Below the pieces are notes generated by a model. The model ran no database searches. It was not told the DNA's origin and saw only the letters and a list, made by a program, of their open reading frames with translations. Shown here in pieces: positions 8,845-18,323 of a stretch of 38,957 nucleotides of DNA. The stretch is from Thermoplasmata archaeon (GTDB taxonomy: Archaea > Thermoplasmatota > Thermoplasmata > Lutacidiplasmatales > UBA184), in contig JAGWLG010000034.1 in assembly GCA_028864975.1 (NCBI GenBank), forward strand, positions 1 to 38,957, given 5' to 3'. Made by a program: the position numbers and the translations under genes. Positions within the stretch are counted from its first letter, which is position 1; the number at the start of each line of letters is the position of its first letter.

Positions 8845-9504
8845 ATGGAGACCGAGCACTGTAAGTTCCATCCTGAGGTGGAGGCGACCCGGACCTGCGA
8901 GGAGTGCGGCGCTCCGATCTGCCCCGAATGCCGGGTCCGGGTGAGCGGGCGCTCATTCTGCCCCGAGGACGCGGAGCGGCTCCACGGGATCCACTTCGGC
9001 ACGGTGCTCCATGGGGAGGGGGCGAAGAGCTACGAAGACCGCACGGCAGCGCTGGAGGACCTGACCTTCGACCTCCCGCCGCTCATTCCGGGCCGGCAGG
9101 AAAAGCTCGGCCTCCACGAGATCCTGCTCGTTGACGGCCTTCTGCTATGGGTCATCGCCCTTGGGATCATCGCCCTGCTGGCAGGAGGAGGGGGGCCGGT
9201 GGTGCGAGGGCCCTTCTCCTACCAGGAGGTCCTCGAGGGGCTCGACGGGGTCGTCCTCATCGCGTCGACCCTGCACATCGCGGCCGCGCTGGGTCTCCGT
9301 TCGCATCCGCGGAGCCACGCCTATCTCGGTCTCGTCACTTCCTTGCTGATGCTGGGGGGATCGCTGGACCTCATCCTCTCGCTCTCCCCGACCGTTGCGG
9401 CCGTGGCCTTCCCCGGTGTCGCCCTTCCCATCCTCTCCATCTCCGCGATCATGATGCGCTGGAGGGCCGTCCTTCGTCTCGATCCGCCTGCCGTCCGGAA
9501 GTGA
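8845..9504 (+). CDS. B-box-type zinc finger fused to a 3-4 TM membrane domain
   Basis: CKFHP...CEECGAPICPEC...FCPED pattern, followed by hydrophobic helices. Confidence 0.7.
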   Translation: METEHCKFHPEVEATRTCEECGAPICPECRVRVSGRSFCPEDAERLHGIHFGTVLHGEGAKSYEDRTAALEDLTFDLPPLIPGRQEKLGLHEILLVDGLLLWVIALGIIALLAGGGGPVVRGPFSYQEVLEGLDGVVLIASTLHIAAALGLRSHPRSHAYLGLVTSLLMLGGSLDLILSLSPTVAAVAFPGVALPILSISAIMMRWRAVLRLDPPAVRK

Positions 9505-9531
9505 CGTGAGGGCTCGCGGGGTCCCGCCGTC

Positions 9532-10020
9532 CTACTCGTACAGCAGGTGAACGCGGAGGTCGCTCGGGTCTCCGTAAAGCCCCGCACGGGTCGCGGCGTT
9601 GGTCTTGTAGGCGATCTTCTCGCGGAACCCGAGCTCGCGCAGGCGCTCTCTCACTCGACGGACGTCCTCAGGGTCGCGGCAGTCGTAGGTGAAGACGCAG
9701 ATGACGTGCTTCCCCTCGTCGTAGATGACCTGGGCGGGGTCGCGGCGGACCGTCGAGACCTTCGACTGACAGCCGAGCCGCCCTTCTGCGGTCTTGGAGT
9801 CAATCTCTTCCCAGACGCGGTCGACAGTCTCTCGGAGGACGAAGAGCAGCCACTTGCCGCTGAATTTGCGGTCCTCCCGCGGGGCCTTCCCATCCTCGAT
9901 GAGAGCTCGGATCCAAGGAGAGGATCGGCAGGTCGAAGGCTGGGTCTCGGGATCGAGAGGAGAGATCTTGAGGGGGATCCTCTCCACCAAGCGGATGTGA
10001 GGGGGCTCTTGTCCGCTCAT
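9532..10020 (-). CDS. DUF1917 / eIF4E-like (Bles03-type) protein
   Basis: SGKWLLF...VDRVWEEI...LGCQSKVST...HVICVFTYD...VRRVRERLRELG...IAYKTNAATRAGLY matches the family pattern. Confidence 0.75.
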   Translation of the reverse strand: MSGQEPPHIRLVERIPLKISPLDPETQPSTCRSSPWIRALIEDGKAPREDRKFSGKWLLFVLRETVDRVWEEIDSKTAEGRLGCQSKVSTVRRDPAQVIYDEGKHVICVFTYDCRDPEDVRRVRERLRELGFREKIAYKTNAATRAGLYGDPSDLRVHLLYE

Positions 10021-10186
10021 GGCCAAACGACACAGAAGGATGGCACGTCATCGCGGTCGGCGCACGCAGCCTGACCCCGAAGGGAACCCGTGCCGGTCCC
10101 GCGCCATCCCCGAACATATCAGGAGCTCCTCCCTCTTCAGGTTGGCCGCCGACCTCCCCCCACGGTGAGGAACGCGGTCCGGTAGC

Positions 10187-10738
10187 ATGGTCCCGAACGA
10201 GCGGCGTTCGTCCGATGGCGCTGGACCACGTGCCCTCCGGGGGGCTCGACGGCTCCCCACACAAGGGCTCATTGTGGGGCTGGTGCTTTCCGTCGCGGGC
10301 CTTCTCGCACTCACCGCCTATGCGTTCCTCCTCGCTCTCCACGCTTCGCCGTGCTCCACGCCTGCGCCCCCCTCCGGGGGGTCCACGCTGAGCGAAGACG
10401 TTCTGGTCGATTGTGGGACCGCGCTGCTCCTATCGGCCCACACGTGGACCTCCTACCAGGTACCGCGCCTTTCGGACGGGGAGTCGCTGGCGGGAGAGAT
10501 CTCCGCTAACAGCTCGGTCTCGGTCTTCCTGCTCAACACCTCGCAGCTCCGGTCCCTGGGGCCGTACCCCTCCGCCCCGCCCTCCGGCTCCTTCTGGGCG
10601 TGCACGAACGCCACCGACTGCAACGTCTCCGTGCGCGTGCCCGGCTCTCCGGGACAATACTACTTGGTCGTTGTGGACCTTCAGGGCCAGGCCGAGAAGC
10701 TGGAGTGGACGCGTGGACTCGCGATGTTCTACAGCTGA
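10187..10738 (+). CDS. Single-TM-anchored extracellular beta-rich protein
   Basis: One N-terminal TM, Cys pairs and NxS/T sequons; ends 19 bp before the Kelch-PKD-permease gene. Confidence 0.65.
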   Translation: MVPNERRSSDGAGPRALRGARRLPTQGLIVGLVLSVAGLLALTAYAFLLALHASPCSTPAPPSGGSTLSEDVLVDCGTALLLSAHTWTSYQVPRLSDGESLAGEISANSSVSVFLLNTSQLRSLGPYPSAPPSGSFWACTNATDCNVSVRVPGSPGQYYLVVVDLQGQAEKLEWTRGLAMFYS

Positions 10739-10757
10739 GCGACCGGGAGAGAGGTCG

Positions 10758-13700
10758 ATGGGGTCACGTCGCGGGGGGGTGCGAGAGCGGCCCCCGCACG
10801 GTCGGCTCCGCTGGGATGCGTGGGGGCTCATCGTCCTGGCCTCGATCGCGCTGCTCGTCCTTCCCTCTCCCGCTGGGGCCCTCCCCGCGGACGGCGCTCG
10901 CCCGGGCCTCACGACCTCCCCGCCAGGACCGCTCATCTGGTCCGACTACCTCCTCTCGCCCCCGAATCCCTACCGAGCGTTCGCCGGGGAGGCGAGCTTC
11001 GAGGTCGGTTCGTCCAGCTACCTGGACGTGGTGGGAGGCTCCGGTCCCTGCGGTCGCTACTGCAACGATTCCTGGGAACTGAGCTTCAACGGTGGTCCCT
11101 CCCCCGTCTGGTTCCAGGAGGCGCTCCCATCCCCGGTGGGGAGGACGCTGGCCAGCGTCGTCTACGACACGGCCTCGGGAGAGCTCGTCGTCTTTGGGGG
11201 GTTGAACGGCACCTCGGGGGCGCTGAACGACACGTGGACCCGCATCCCGCTGGTCCGGGGCTGGGCCGAGGGGACCGGCGCTTCCCCTCCCGCGCGATGG
11301 GGGGCCGCGTTCGCGTACGACCCGGCCCTCGGGGGCGTCGTTCTCTTCGGCGGCACGGGGAACGCGGGTCAACCTCTCTCCGACACGTGGCTCTTTCGCG
11401 GCGACCGTTGGTCCCCGCTCTCCAGCGCAGTCCTTCCCCCTGCGAGGTCCGGAGCCCTCCTCTTCTGGCAGGGCGACGAGGACCGGATGGTCCTCTTCGG
11501 AGGGAACGGGACCTCCGGTGCCCTCGCGGACACTTGGGGGCTCGGAGCGGGGGGATGGTACACGATCGGCACGACGGCCCAGCCTCCCGCAAGGGCGGAA
11601 GCGGCGGGGACCACGGACGGGGAGGGCGACCCCGTCGTGTTCGGGGGCTGGGGCGCTGCGGGCTACCTCAACGATTCGTGGGTCCTCTACGGCGACAACT
11701 GGACGCAGCCCTCGTGGGAGTCCGGCGCAGGTCCCTCGCCCAAGGAGGGGGCCTTTCTCGCCCCGGCCCCGGACACTACGCCGAACGACTTCATCCTATT
11801 CTGGGGCAAGGGCACCGGAGGGGCGGAGTCCCAGACCTGGTCGCTTCGTGTTCAGAACGGCGGGTCGCCCCCTCCTCCCCTCCCGCTGGGGGTAAGCGAG
11901 GTCGGCGGTCCGACGAACCGGACCGCACCGATTGCCGCCAACTTCACGGCTTTGGGGAACGGTGGGACGCCCCCGTACCGGTTCGCCTGGGACTTCGGGG
12001 ACGGCGGCCCGGGTTCCACCGCGGGTTCTCCCTCGCACATCTTTTCATCGCCGGGAAGCTACCTCGTGTCGGTCCGCCTGCAGGACAGCGCGGTCCCCCC
12101 GAAGACGGCACAGGGAACGCTCTCCGTGCTGGTCAGAGCCCCCAACGGTACCTTCGGCGTCGTCGTGACCGCGACACCCCGATCCGGTGGCCCACCTCTG
12201 GCCGTGGTCTTCACGGCCGCGCCCGTCGGGGGCACGGCTCCTCTCGCCTACCTTTGGGACTTCGGAGACGGTGCCCCCCGCTCGGCCTCGCCCTCCCCCG
12301 AGCACACCTACAACCGCTCCGGCACGTCCGTGGCCCGGCTCGTCCTCAACGACAGTCAGGGAAAGAGCACGAGCTTCGCCAACACCATCGAGGTGGCTTC
12401 CGCCGGTCTGGGGGTCGCCCTCTCGGCGGTGCCCCCCGAGGGCCATCCCCCACTCAATGTCTCCTTCCACGCCACGCCCTGGGGCGGCGAGCCTCCCTAC
12501 ACCTACCTGTGGAGCTTCGGGGACGGGAACTCCACCTACGGGCCGGACCCGAACGCCTCGAACGTGTATGGACGGGTAGGGAACTTCACCGTGCGCGTCA
12601 TGGTCGTGGATGCGCTCGGGGCGAACTCCAACACGAGCGGGGTCGTCGTGCTGACGGAGCCGCCCCCGGTCCTGCCGCCCCCTCCCACGTTCCTCGGCCG
12701 TGTAGCGAGCGGCGCCGCCGCATTCTTCGTGGTCCTTGCGAGGCCGGTGGTCTTCGCTCCCCTCCTGCTCGTCCTGGTGGGGTTGGCCACCCTCCGGTGG
12801 GGGGTGCCCACGTACCGGATCGTGAGGTCGGTCCGTCGGGGAACTCCACCCGCCCAGCACGCCGGTATCTGGGGCGTCGCGGAGATCGAGGTGCTTCTCC
12901 GTGGACTGGTCGCTGGAGACGGCGTCCGGGACCTGCTTCGCGCCCTCCGACCGCTCCTGGAACGCGACGCCCGTAGCCTGGCGCGGCGCCTGCGCGCTGG
13001 CCCGGGCCCCGGCACGGTCTGGGCCGTCCGTCGGATCCTGCTGCTCGTCCCGCAGCTGCTGATTGCGGCCACGGTGCTCTTCTTCGGCTTCGTGGTCCTT
13101 CCAGACGCCATCTCGGGGACCCTGTCCCAGCCCTATCCTCAGGGCGTCGAACCAATCCCGACGGCGTGGTGGCAGTATGTAGGCGGCCTCGTCATCGCGG
13201 GGTGGACCAACCCCTACCTGCACGCCTACCTCCCGTACTCCTTGCAGCTCTTGGCCGTGGTCCTCGCGCTCTCGGTGGCCCTCTCCTATCCCCTGGGGCT
13301 CCTTTCCGGTTGGTACCGGGGAAGGACCATCGACCATTCGACGCGCGCCGCGAATGTCCTAGCCCTGTCGGTCCCAATCTTCGTAATTGCGCTGATGACG
13401 ACGGGGCTCGCGTGGGGATGGTACTACCAGGTGAGCGGCGGTGACACGGTCCTGGGGAGCCTTCCCTCCTTCTACTGGATGTCCGCCAACATGGGAGGGA
13501 TGCCCCCCTGGATCGGCTTCCACGAGAACTCCTCCCCTACCGGGTTCACCCTCATCGACGCGCCGCTGCATGGGGCGTGGGCGTTCGAGCAGATCGTTCT
13601 CGTCAAGATGCTCCTTCAGGGGTTCCCGATCGCGGCGATCTACTCCGCCATCTTCCTTCGGTACGCTCGACTTGCCACGGTCGAAGCCTCGACCGACCCC

Positions 13701-14003
13701 AGCGTTACGGGCGCGAGGGCGCGGGGCGTGGGCGACCGGAGACTTCTCTGGGGCCACATCTCCCGTCGTGTGTCTCCGGTCTATGCCGCGATCTTCGGGA
13801 CGACCTTCCCGATGCTCCTCTTCGTACAGATCGTCGGGGAGTGGCTCTACAATGACCTAGGCCTGGGGACGCTCTTCCTGACGGGTTTCGTGGGCGTGGG
13901 TGCCGTGGTCTTCGTCCTTCTCCTGATGATCTTCATCGCTAGCACCGTCGGCGAGGGTCTCTCCCGAGCGCTCGACCCTGTGGGACGCTCTCGCGATTGG
14001 TAG
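10758..14003 (+). CDS. Fusion: signal peptide, Kelch-like 6-blade propeller, 3 PKD domains, TM, DppB/OppB-type ABC permease
   Basis: Kelch blades (PPARW/S...VLFGG...DTW); three WDFGDG/WSFGDG PKD repeats; permease motifs VRRILLLVP, YPLGLLSGWYRGRTIDH and EAA-like SVTGARARGVG. ATG 10758 follows GAGG. Confidence 0.85.
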   Translation: MGSRRGGVRERPPHGRLRWDAWGLIVLASIALLVLPSPAGALPADGARPGLTTSPPGPLIWSDYLLSPPNPYRAFAGEASFEVGSSSYLDVVGGSGPCGRYCNDSWELSFNGGPSPVWFQEALPSPVGRTLASVVYDTASGELVVFGGLNGTSGALNDTWTRIPLVRGWAEGTGASPPARWGAAFAYDPALGGVVLFGGTGNAGQPLSDTWLFRGDRWSPLSSAVLPPARSGALLFWQGDEDRMVLFGGNGTSGALADTWGLGAGGWYTIGTTAQPPARAEAAGTTDGEGDPVVFGGWGAAGYLNDSWVLYGDNWTQPSWESGAGPSPKEGAFLAPAPDTTPNDFILFWGKGTGGAESQTWSLRVQNGGSPPPPLPLGVSEVGGPTNRTAPIAANFTALGNGGTPPYRFAWDFGDGGPGSTAGSPSHIFSSPGSYLVSVRLQDSAVPPKTAQGTLSVLVRAPNGTFGVVVTATPRSGGPPLAVVFTAAPVGGTAPLAYLWDFGDGAPRSASPSPEHTYNRSGTSVARLVLNDSQGKSTSFANTIEVASAGLGVALSAVPPEGHPPLNVSFHATPWGGEPPYTYLWSFGDGNSTYGPDPNASNVYGRVGNFTVRVMVVDALGANSNTSGVVVLTEPPPVLPPPPTFLGRVASGAAAFFVVLARPVVFAPLLLVLVGLATLRWGVPTYRIVRSVRRGTPPAQHAGIWGVAEIEVLLRGLVAGDGVRDLLRALRPLLERDARSLARRLRAGPGPGTVWAVRRILLLVPQLLIAATVLFFGFVVLPDAISGTLSQPYPQGVEPIPTAWWQYVGGLVIAGWTNPYLHAYLPYSLQLLAVVLALSVALSYPLGLLSGWYRGRTIDHSTRAANVLALSVPIFVIALMTTGLAWGWYYQVSGGDTVLGSLPSFYWMSANMGGMPPWIGFHENSSPTGFTLIDAPLHGAWAFEQIVLVKMLLQGFPIAAIYSAIFLRYARLATVEASTDPSVTGARARGVGDRRLLWGHISRRVSPVYAAIFGTTFPMLLFVQIVGEWLYNDLGLGTLFLTGFVGVGAVVFVLLLMIFIASTVGEGLSRALDPVGRSRDW

Positions 14004-14014
14004 GTGGGTCCGAG

Positions 14015-15202
14015 ATGGAGGGGTCGGATCTCGGGGAGCCCAGCCGCGGACCAGCTTCCCTCACCAGGGCGCCGGAGAAGGCATCGCCCCCTTCGAAGAG
14101 GGTCGCTCAGATCCCCCCGAGGGCCGGCGGCAGGCCTCCGACCCAGGGCGATATCCGTCGGCGACCTGGTCCCCGGTCGAAGAAGCGCAAGAGAGGGCGG
14201 AGGCGCCGGGCGCTGAAAGCTCGCTGGGGCCGTTCCTTCTCCCAGCTCTTCTCGAACCTTCCCCTCCTCGTGGGGCTCCTGCTCCTCGGGTTCTTCGTCG
14301 TCGTGGGGGTTGTCGCCCCCCTGCTCTACCCCGGCGACCCCAACTCGTTGCCCACGGACTACAACGTGCTCTACGGCTGTCAGGACCCCTCGCCTCCCAC
14401 GATCTCCACGTCCCCCTGGGTCCTCGGCCCTCACCCCTTCGGGGAGACCGCCCACCTCGGCCTCGACGTGGCCTGGAGCCTCCTGCTTGGGACACGGTGG
14501 GACCTTCTGTTCCTCGCGATCATCATCGGGGTCTCGGTGCTGGTGGGGTCGCTGCTCGGAGCGGCGGCGGGAGCCGTGGGGGGTTGGACGGAGACCGTGC
14601 TCGGGCCGGTCTTCGACGGAGTCCTCTCCTTCCCGCCCTTCCTAGTCGTCCTCTTGGTGCCGGTCGTGGCCGCGTTGCCGGGGGCCTCCTCCTGGCTCAA
14701 GACGGAGGCTTTCGTCGTCGCCATGCTCGCGGTCCTATGGGCTCCCTTTGCCCAGGGGGTCCGGGCGAAGTCCCGCATGCTCGTCCGACAGCCCTTCGTG
14801 GAGGCCGCGCGGGCCGCCGGGGCACGATGGCCACGGATCCTCTGGCGACACATCCTGCCGAACTCGATGGCCCCGGTCCTGGCCCAGATCCCCGCAACGA
14901 TCTTCTCGGTCCTTTTCACGCTCGGGGCCTATCAGTACCTTGGGTTGATCTCGAACGGCACCCCGCGGTGCGGCTACAAGACCGATCCTGCGGGGAGCTT
15001 CCTGTTCCTCCCGTCCTACCACTTCCCAGAGTGGACCTGGACGATGGCCAACGGCGTCACCGGGTACTTCCCGCCCGGGTTCGGCGTTGACGACTGGTGG
15101 GCCTACCTCATCCCTTCAGCTTGGATCCTACTTTTCATCCTAGCCGTCACCCTGGTCTGCGACGGGCTCGTGGGGCACTTGGACCCCTACCTGCGGCACT
15201 GA
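14015..15202 (+). CDS. DppC/OppC-type ABC transporter permease
   Basis: HPFGETAHLGLDVAWSLLLGTRWDL, EAA loop PFVEAARAAGARWPRILWRHILPNSM, and C-terminal WWAYLIP...DGLVGHLDP. Confidence 0.88.
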   Translation: MEGSDLGEPSRGPASLTRAPEKASPPSKRVAQIPPRAGGRPPTQGDIRRRPGPRSKKRKRGRRRRALKARWGRSFSQLFSNLPLLVGLLLLGFFVVVGVVAPLLYPGDPNSLPTDYNVLYGCQDPSPPTISTSPWVLGPHPFGETAHLGLDVAWSLLLGTRWDLLFLAIIIGVSVLVGSLLGAAAGAVGGWTETVLGPVFDGVLSFPPFLVVLLVPVVAALPGASSWLKTEAFVVAMLAVLWAPFAQGVRAKSRMLVRQPFVEAARAAGARWPRILWRHILPNSMAPVLAQIPATIFSVLFTLGAYQYLGLISNGTPRCGYKTDPAGSFLFLPSYHFPEWTWTMANGVTGYFPPGFGVDDWWAYLIPSAWILLFILAVTLVCDGLVGHLDPYLRH

Positions 15203-15347
15203 GCCGCCTCGCGCGCTCGGGTACGCGTCGAGCCGCGGAGGGAACCCCGTCTTTCCCAGCTAGAGCCTGCGCGCTCCGGTTTCCTCGGAACACAGCTTCA
15301 TGTAGGCCCTCCCCCCGCCAGAGTCTGACACGGCCGGAGCTCCAGAG

Positions 15348-17651
15348 ATGCAGCCCATCCCAGACCCCCACGTGAGTCGCGTTCTCCGCCGACCGGTGCT
15401 TCTCCCGCTCCTCGCGCTGCTCGTCCTCTCGGGATGGACCGGCTACGCCTCGGCCCATCTCGTCACCGCGCCCGAAGTAGGCGCCCATCCCTCGACTTTC
15501 CAAGGGTACAACGTCACCTTCCGCGAGTCCGGTCTGCCGTTCGGCACGTCGTGGTCGGTCACCTGTAACGGGACGACCTTGAGCGGCAACTTCCCCCGGA
15601 TCACGGTCCCGATGGTGGGGAACGGCACCTGGCCCTGGAGCGTCGCGGCGGTCACGGGCTACAGCGCGAACCCCTCTTCAGGAACGGTGACCGTGATGGG
15701 GAGCAATCCTGCATCCATCTCTATCGCGTTCACACCCCTCCCGGGGCACTACACGGTCACCTTCACCGAGAACGGACTGCCGTTCACGGCGACCGGCTGG
15801 AACGTCACCTTCAACAACACGGTCTACGCCTCGAACGGGTTCGGGTTCACGGGTCCGACCATCACGATCACCGGCGTGGTGAACGGCACCTATGCCTTCT
15901 CCGTATTGCCGCAGTATGGCCTCTTCCCAACGCCGGCCTCCGGCACCATCATCGTGAGCGGCCCCGGTCCGGGCCGCAACGGCGCTTACACCCAGAACAT
16001 CGCCTTCGGGCCGCCTCCAGGACACTACACGGTCACGTTCACCGAGACGGGGCTTCCCTTCACCGCCACCACGTGGAACGTGACGTTCAACAACACGGTC
16101 TACGCCGCGAACGGCTTCGGGTTCGGGGGACCTACCATCACGATCCCCAACGTCGTGAACGGCAGCTACGCCTTCTCGGTCGCGGCCCAATACGGCCTCT
16201 TCCCCACCCCCGCCTCCGGAACGATCGTGGTGAACGGCCCCGGTCCGGGTAACGGAGGGTCCTACAGCCAGAACATCGCCTTCGCCGGGATCCCCCCGGG
16301 GATGTACCCGGTCTACGTCAACGAGACCGGCCTCTCCGGCGCTCCGCCTCCCACCTGGTGGGTGGTCCTCGGCGGGCTCAACCAGAGCACGACCGGCTCC
16401 TCCCTGGTCTTCCCGGAGGCGAACGGGAACTACGCCTACACCTTGGGGGCGCCCTTCGGCTGGACCGCAACCCCCGCCTCAGGTTCGGTCACCGTGAGCG
16501 GAGGGTCCAAAGCCCTTGCCATCACCTTCACACAGGCCCCCCCGTCCTACAAGGTGAGCTTCCAGGAATCGGGGCTCGTCTCGGGCACCGCGTGGGCCGT
16601 GACCCTCCAGGGCACCGTTCGTTCGTCGAGCACTCCATGGGTGAATTTCACCGGGGTGGCCGACGGCTCGTACAACTACAACATCAGCAACGTCTACCGG
16701 TGGGCTCCCTCTCCTCCCAGCGGCTCGATCACGGTCAGCGGGGCGGCCCAGACCCTCCAGGTCGCCTTCACCGAAGGTCCCGCGACCTACGCGGTGACCT
16801 TCACCTCCTCGGGCATCCCCGCGAGCACGAGCTGGTCGGTCACCTTCGATGGAACCTCCCTGTCCGGTCAAGCGGGAAATCTGGTCTTCAACGGGATCGC
16901 GAACAGCACGACGAGCGGCTACGCCTTCACCGTCGGAGCGGTCGCGGGATACGTCGCGAACCCCGCTTCGGGCAACCTGGTCGTGAGCGGTCCCGCGTCC
17001 CAGACGATCTCCTTCACCCAGGGGTCCTCGACGAAGCCGCTCTACACCGTCACCTTCGCGGAGAGCGGGCTCCCCTCCGGCAAGAGCTGGTCGATCGTGT
17101 TCAACGGTAGCACGTTGTCGAGCGCCACCCCCTCCCAGATCGTCTTCGATGTGCACGCGGCGGCGGGACTCACCTACTCCGTTGGGACGGTCTCGGGCTA
17201 CACTTCCAACCCGTCCTCTGGTACCCTCAACGTGGCCGGTAACACCACGGTCCCGGCGATCGTCTTCACGAGCTCGGGGAGCAAGTCGAGCGGGCTCTCG
17301 GGGGCCTTGAGCGGCCCGACGCTCTACGCCATCGTCGCCCTTGTGGCCGTGGTCGCCGCGCTGCTCGTCGCCTTCCTCGTGATGCGACGCAGGAAAGCGG
17401 CGGGAGGTCGCCCCTCGGCCACGGAAACCTACGCAGAGGGTTCGTCCTCGTCCGCTGGGTCCAGCTGGGCCGCGTCGCACGCGGCCACCGACACGGACGC
17501 ACCACCCGCGCCCACCTCGGACGACGTGGCGCCGTCGGCTTCCCCTTCAAGCGGCGACCTTCCCCCTCCGCCGACCTCGGACGATATCCCTTCCTCCGAA
17601 GCCTCCACCTCGCCTCCTTCGAGCGACGAACCCTCTTCGGACATCTCCTAG
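15348..17651 (+). CDS. Cell-surface glycoprotein with about 6 thermopsin C-terminal-type repeats, C-terminal TM and Ser/Pro/Asp tail
   Basis: Signal peptide; repeated Y.VTF.ESGL..GT.W.VT.NG units; TM LYAIVALVAVVAALLVAFLVMRRRK. Confidence 0.85.
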   Translation: MQPIPDPHVSRVLRRPVLLPLLALLVLSGWTGYASAHLVTAPEVGAHPSTFQGYNVTFRESGLPFGTSWSVTCNGTTLSGNFPRITVPMVGNGTWPWSVAAVTGYSANPSSGTVTVMGSNPASISIAFTPLPGHYTVTFTENGLPFTATGWNVTFNNTVYASNGFGFTGPTITITGVVNGTYAFSVLPQYGLFPTPASGTIIVSGPGPGRNGAYTQNIAFGPPPGHYTVTFTETGLPFTATTWNVTFNNTVYAANGFGFGGPTITIPNVVNGSYAFSVAAQYGLFPTPASGTIVVNGPGPGNGGSYSQNIAFAGIPPGMYPVYVNETGLSGAPPPTWWVVLGGLNQSTTGSSLVFPEANGNYAYTLGAPFGWTATPASGSVTVSGGSKALAITFTQAPPSYKVSFQESGLVSGTAWAVTLQGTVRSSSTPWVNFTGVADGSYNYNISNVYRWAPSPPSGSITVSGAAQTLQVAFTEGPATYAVTFTSSGIPASTSWSVTFDGTSLSGQAGNLVFNGIANSTTSGYAFTVGAVAGYVANPASGNLVVSGPASQTISFTQGSSTKPLYTVTFAESGLPSGKSWSIVFNGSTLSSATPSQIVFDVHAAAGLTYSVGTVSGYTSNPSSGTLNVAGNTTVPAIVFTSSGSKSSGLSGALSGPTLYAIVALVAVVAALLVAFLVMRRRKAAGGRPSATETYAEGSSSSAGSSWAASHAATDTDAPPAPTSDDVAPSASPSSGDLPPPPTSDDIPSSEASTSPPSSDEPSSDIS
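15744..16295 (+). repeat. Tandem 276-bp (92-aa) intragenic duplication
   Basis: Units 15744-16019 and 16020-16295 both read GHYTVTFTE.GLPFTAT.WNVTFNNTVYA.NGFGF.GPTITI...QYGLFPTPASGTI.V.GPGPG..G.Y.QNIAF. Confidence 0.9.
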
Positions 17652-17955
17652 GACGAAGGGCCCACCCCCCACTGAAGTCCGTCGGGTCACGGGGGTGCCG
17701 TCCTTGCGCCAAAGGGAAGCCTCGGTCGTGTGATGGTCCCGCGCGTGAAGTGATCTTGGCCCTCTCATGTGGCCGCTGGTTGTGTCGCTCGCTTCCGATG
17801 CCCCGCACCCTGGGTCGCTCCAGGGCCTGAAGGTCGAACCGAACTTCTCTTCTAGCCCCGGCGCGTAGGACCCTGGGGGAGGTCGCATGAGGTCGCGGCC
17901 CGCCGCCGTTCCGATCATCCATGGTGGGGCGGTCTATCGTGCCGCTCCGCTCGCC

Positions 17956-18231
17956 ATGGCGCAGGTCCCGCCCGAGATCCAGGCTGCGTGGGAGCGTGAA
18001 GTGCTCCCTGAGGTGGCTCGTTTGCGCCCCCGTATGTACCTGGGGATCGGCACCTTCACGGCCGGGGCGGTCGCGGGGGGCTTCCTGTTCCTCTTCGGGC
18101 TCATTTACCTCGTGGTCCCGGCCGCGGTGGCCGTGGTGGGTCTGGTCATTTGGCGCCTCGCATCCGCGGGTATCGCCAGGGTCCGCGCCGAGTTCTACCA
18201 GCACCACCCCGAGGTCTTCCCCCGCCGATAG
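17956..18231 (+). CDS. Small 2-TM hypothetical membrane protein
   Basis: MAQVPPEIQAAWERE...LGIGTFTAGAVAGGFLFLFGLIYLVVPAAVAVVGLVIWR; the ORF is open from 17887. Confidence 0.6.
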   Translation: MAQVPPEIQAAWEREVLPEVARLRPRMYLGIGTFTAGAVAGGFLFLFGLIYLVVPAAVAVVGLVIWRLASAGIARVRAEFYQHHPEVFPRR

Positions 18232-18323
18232 GCCCGTCGGGCTCGTGAGCTTCTGAGTTCGATCATGCAGCGCCGACGGCGCCAGGGCTTTACGAACGAG
18301 ATCTCTTCTCCGCACCGATCAAC

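Noticed and set aside
10413-10757. N-terminal extension of the 1196-aa ORF
   Set aside because: It overlaps the 10187-10738 gene out of frame; ATG 10758 has an SD and is followed by a signal peptide.
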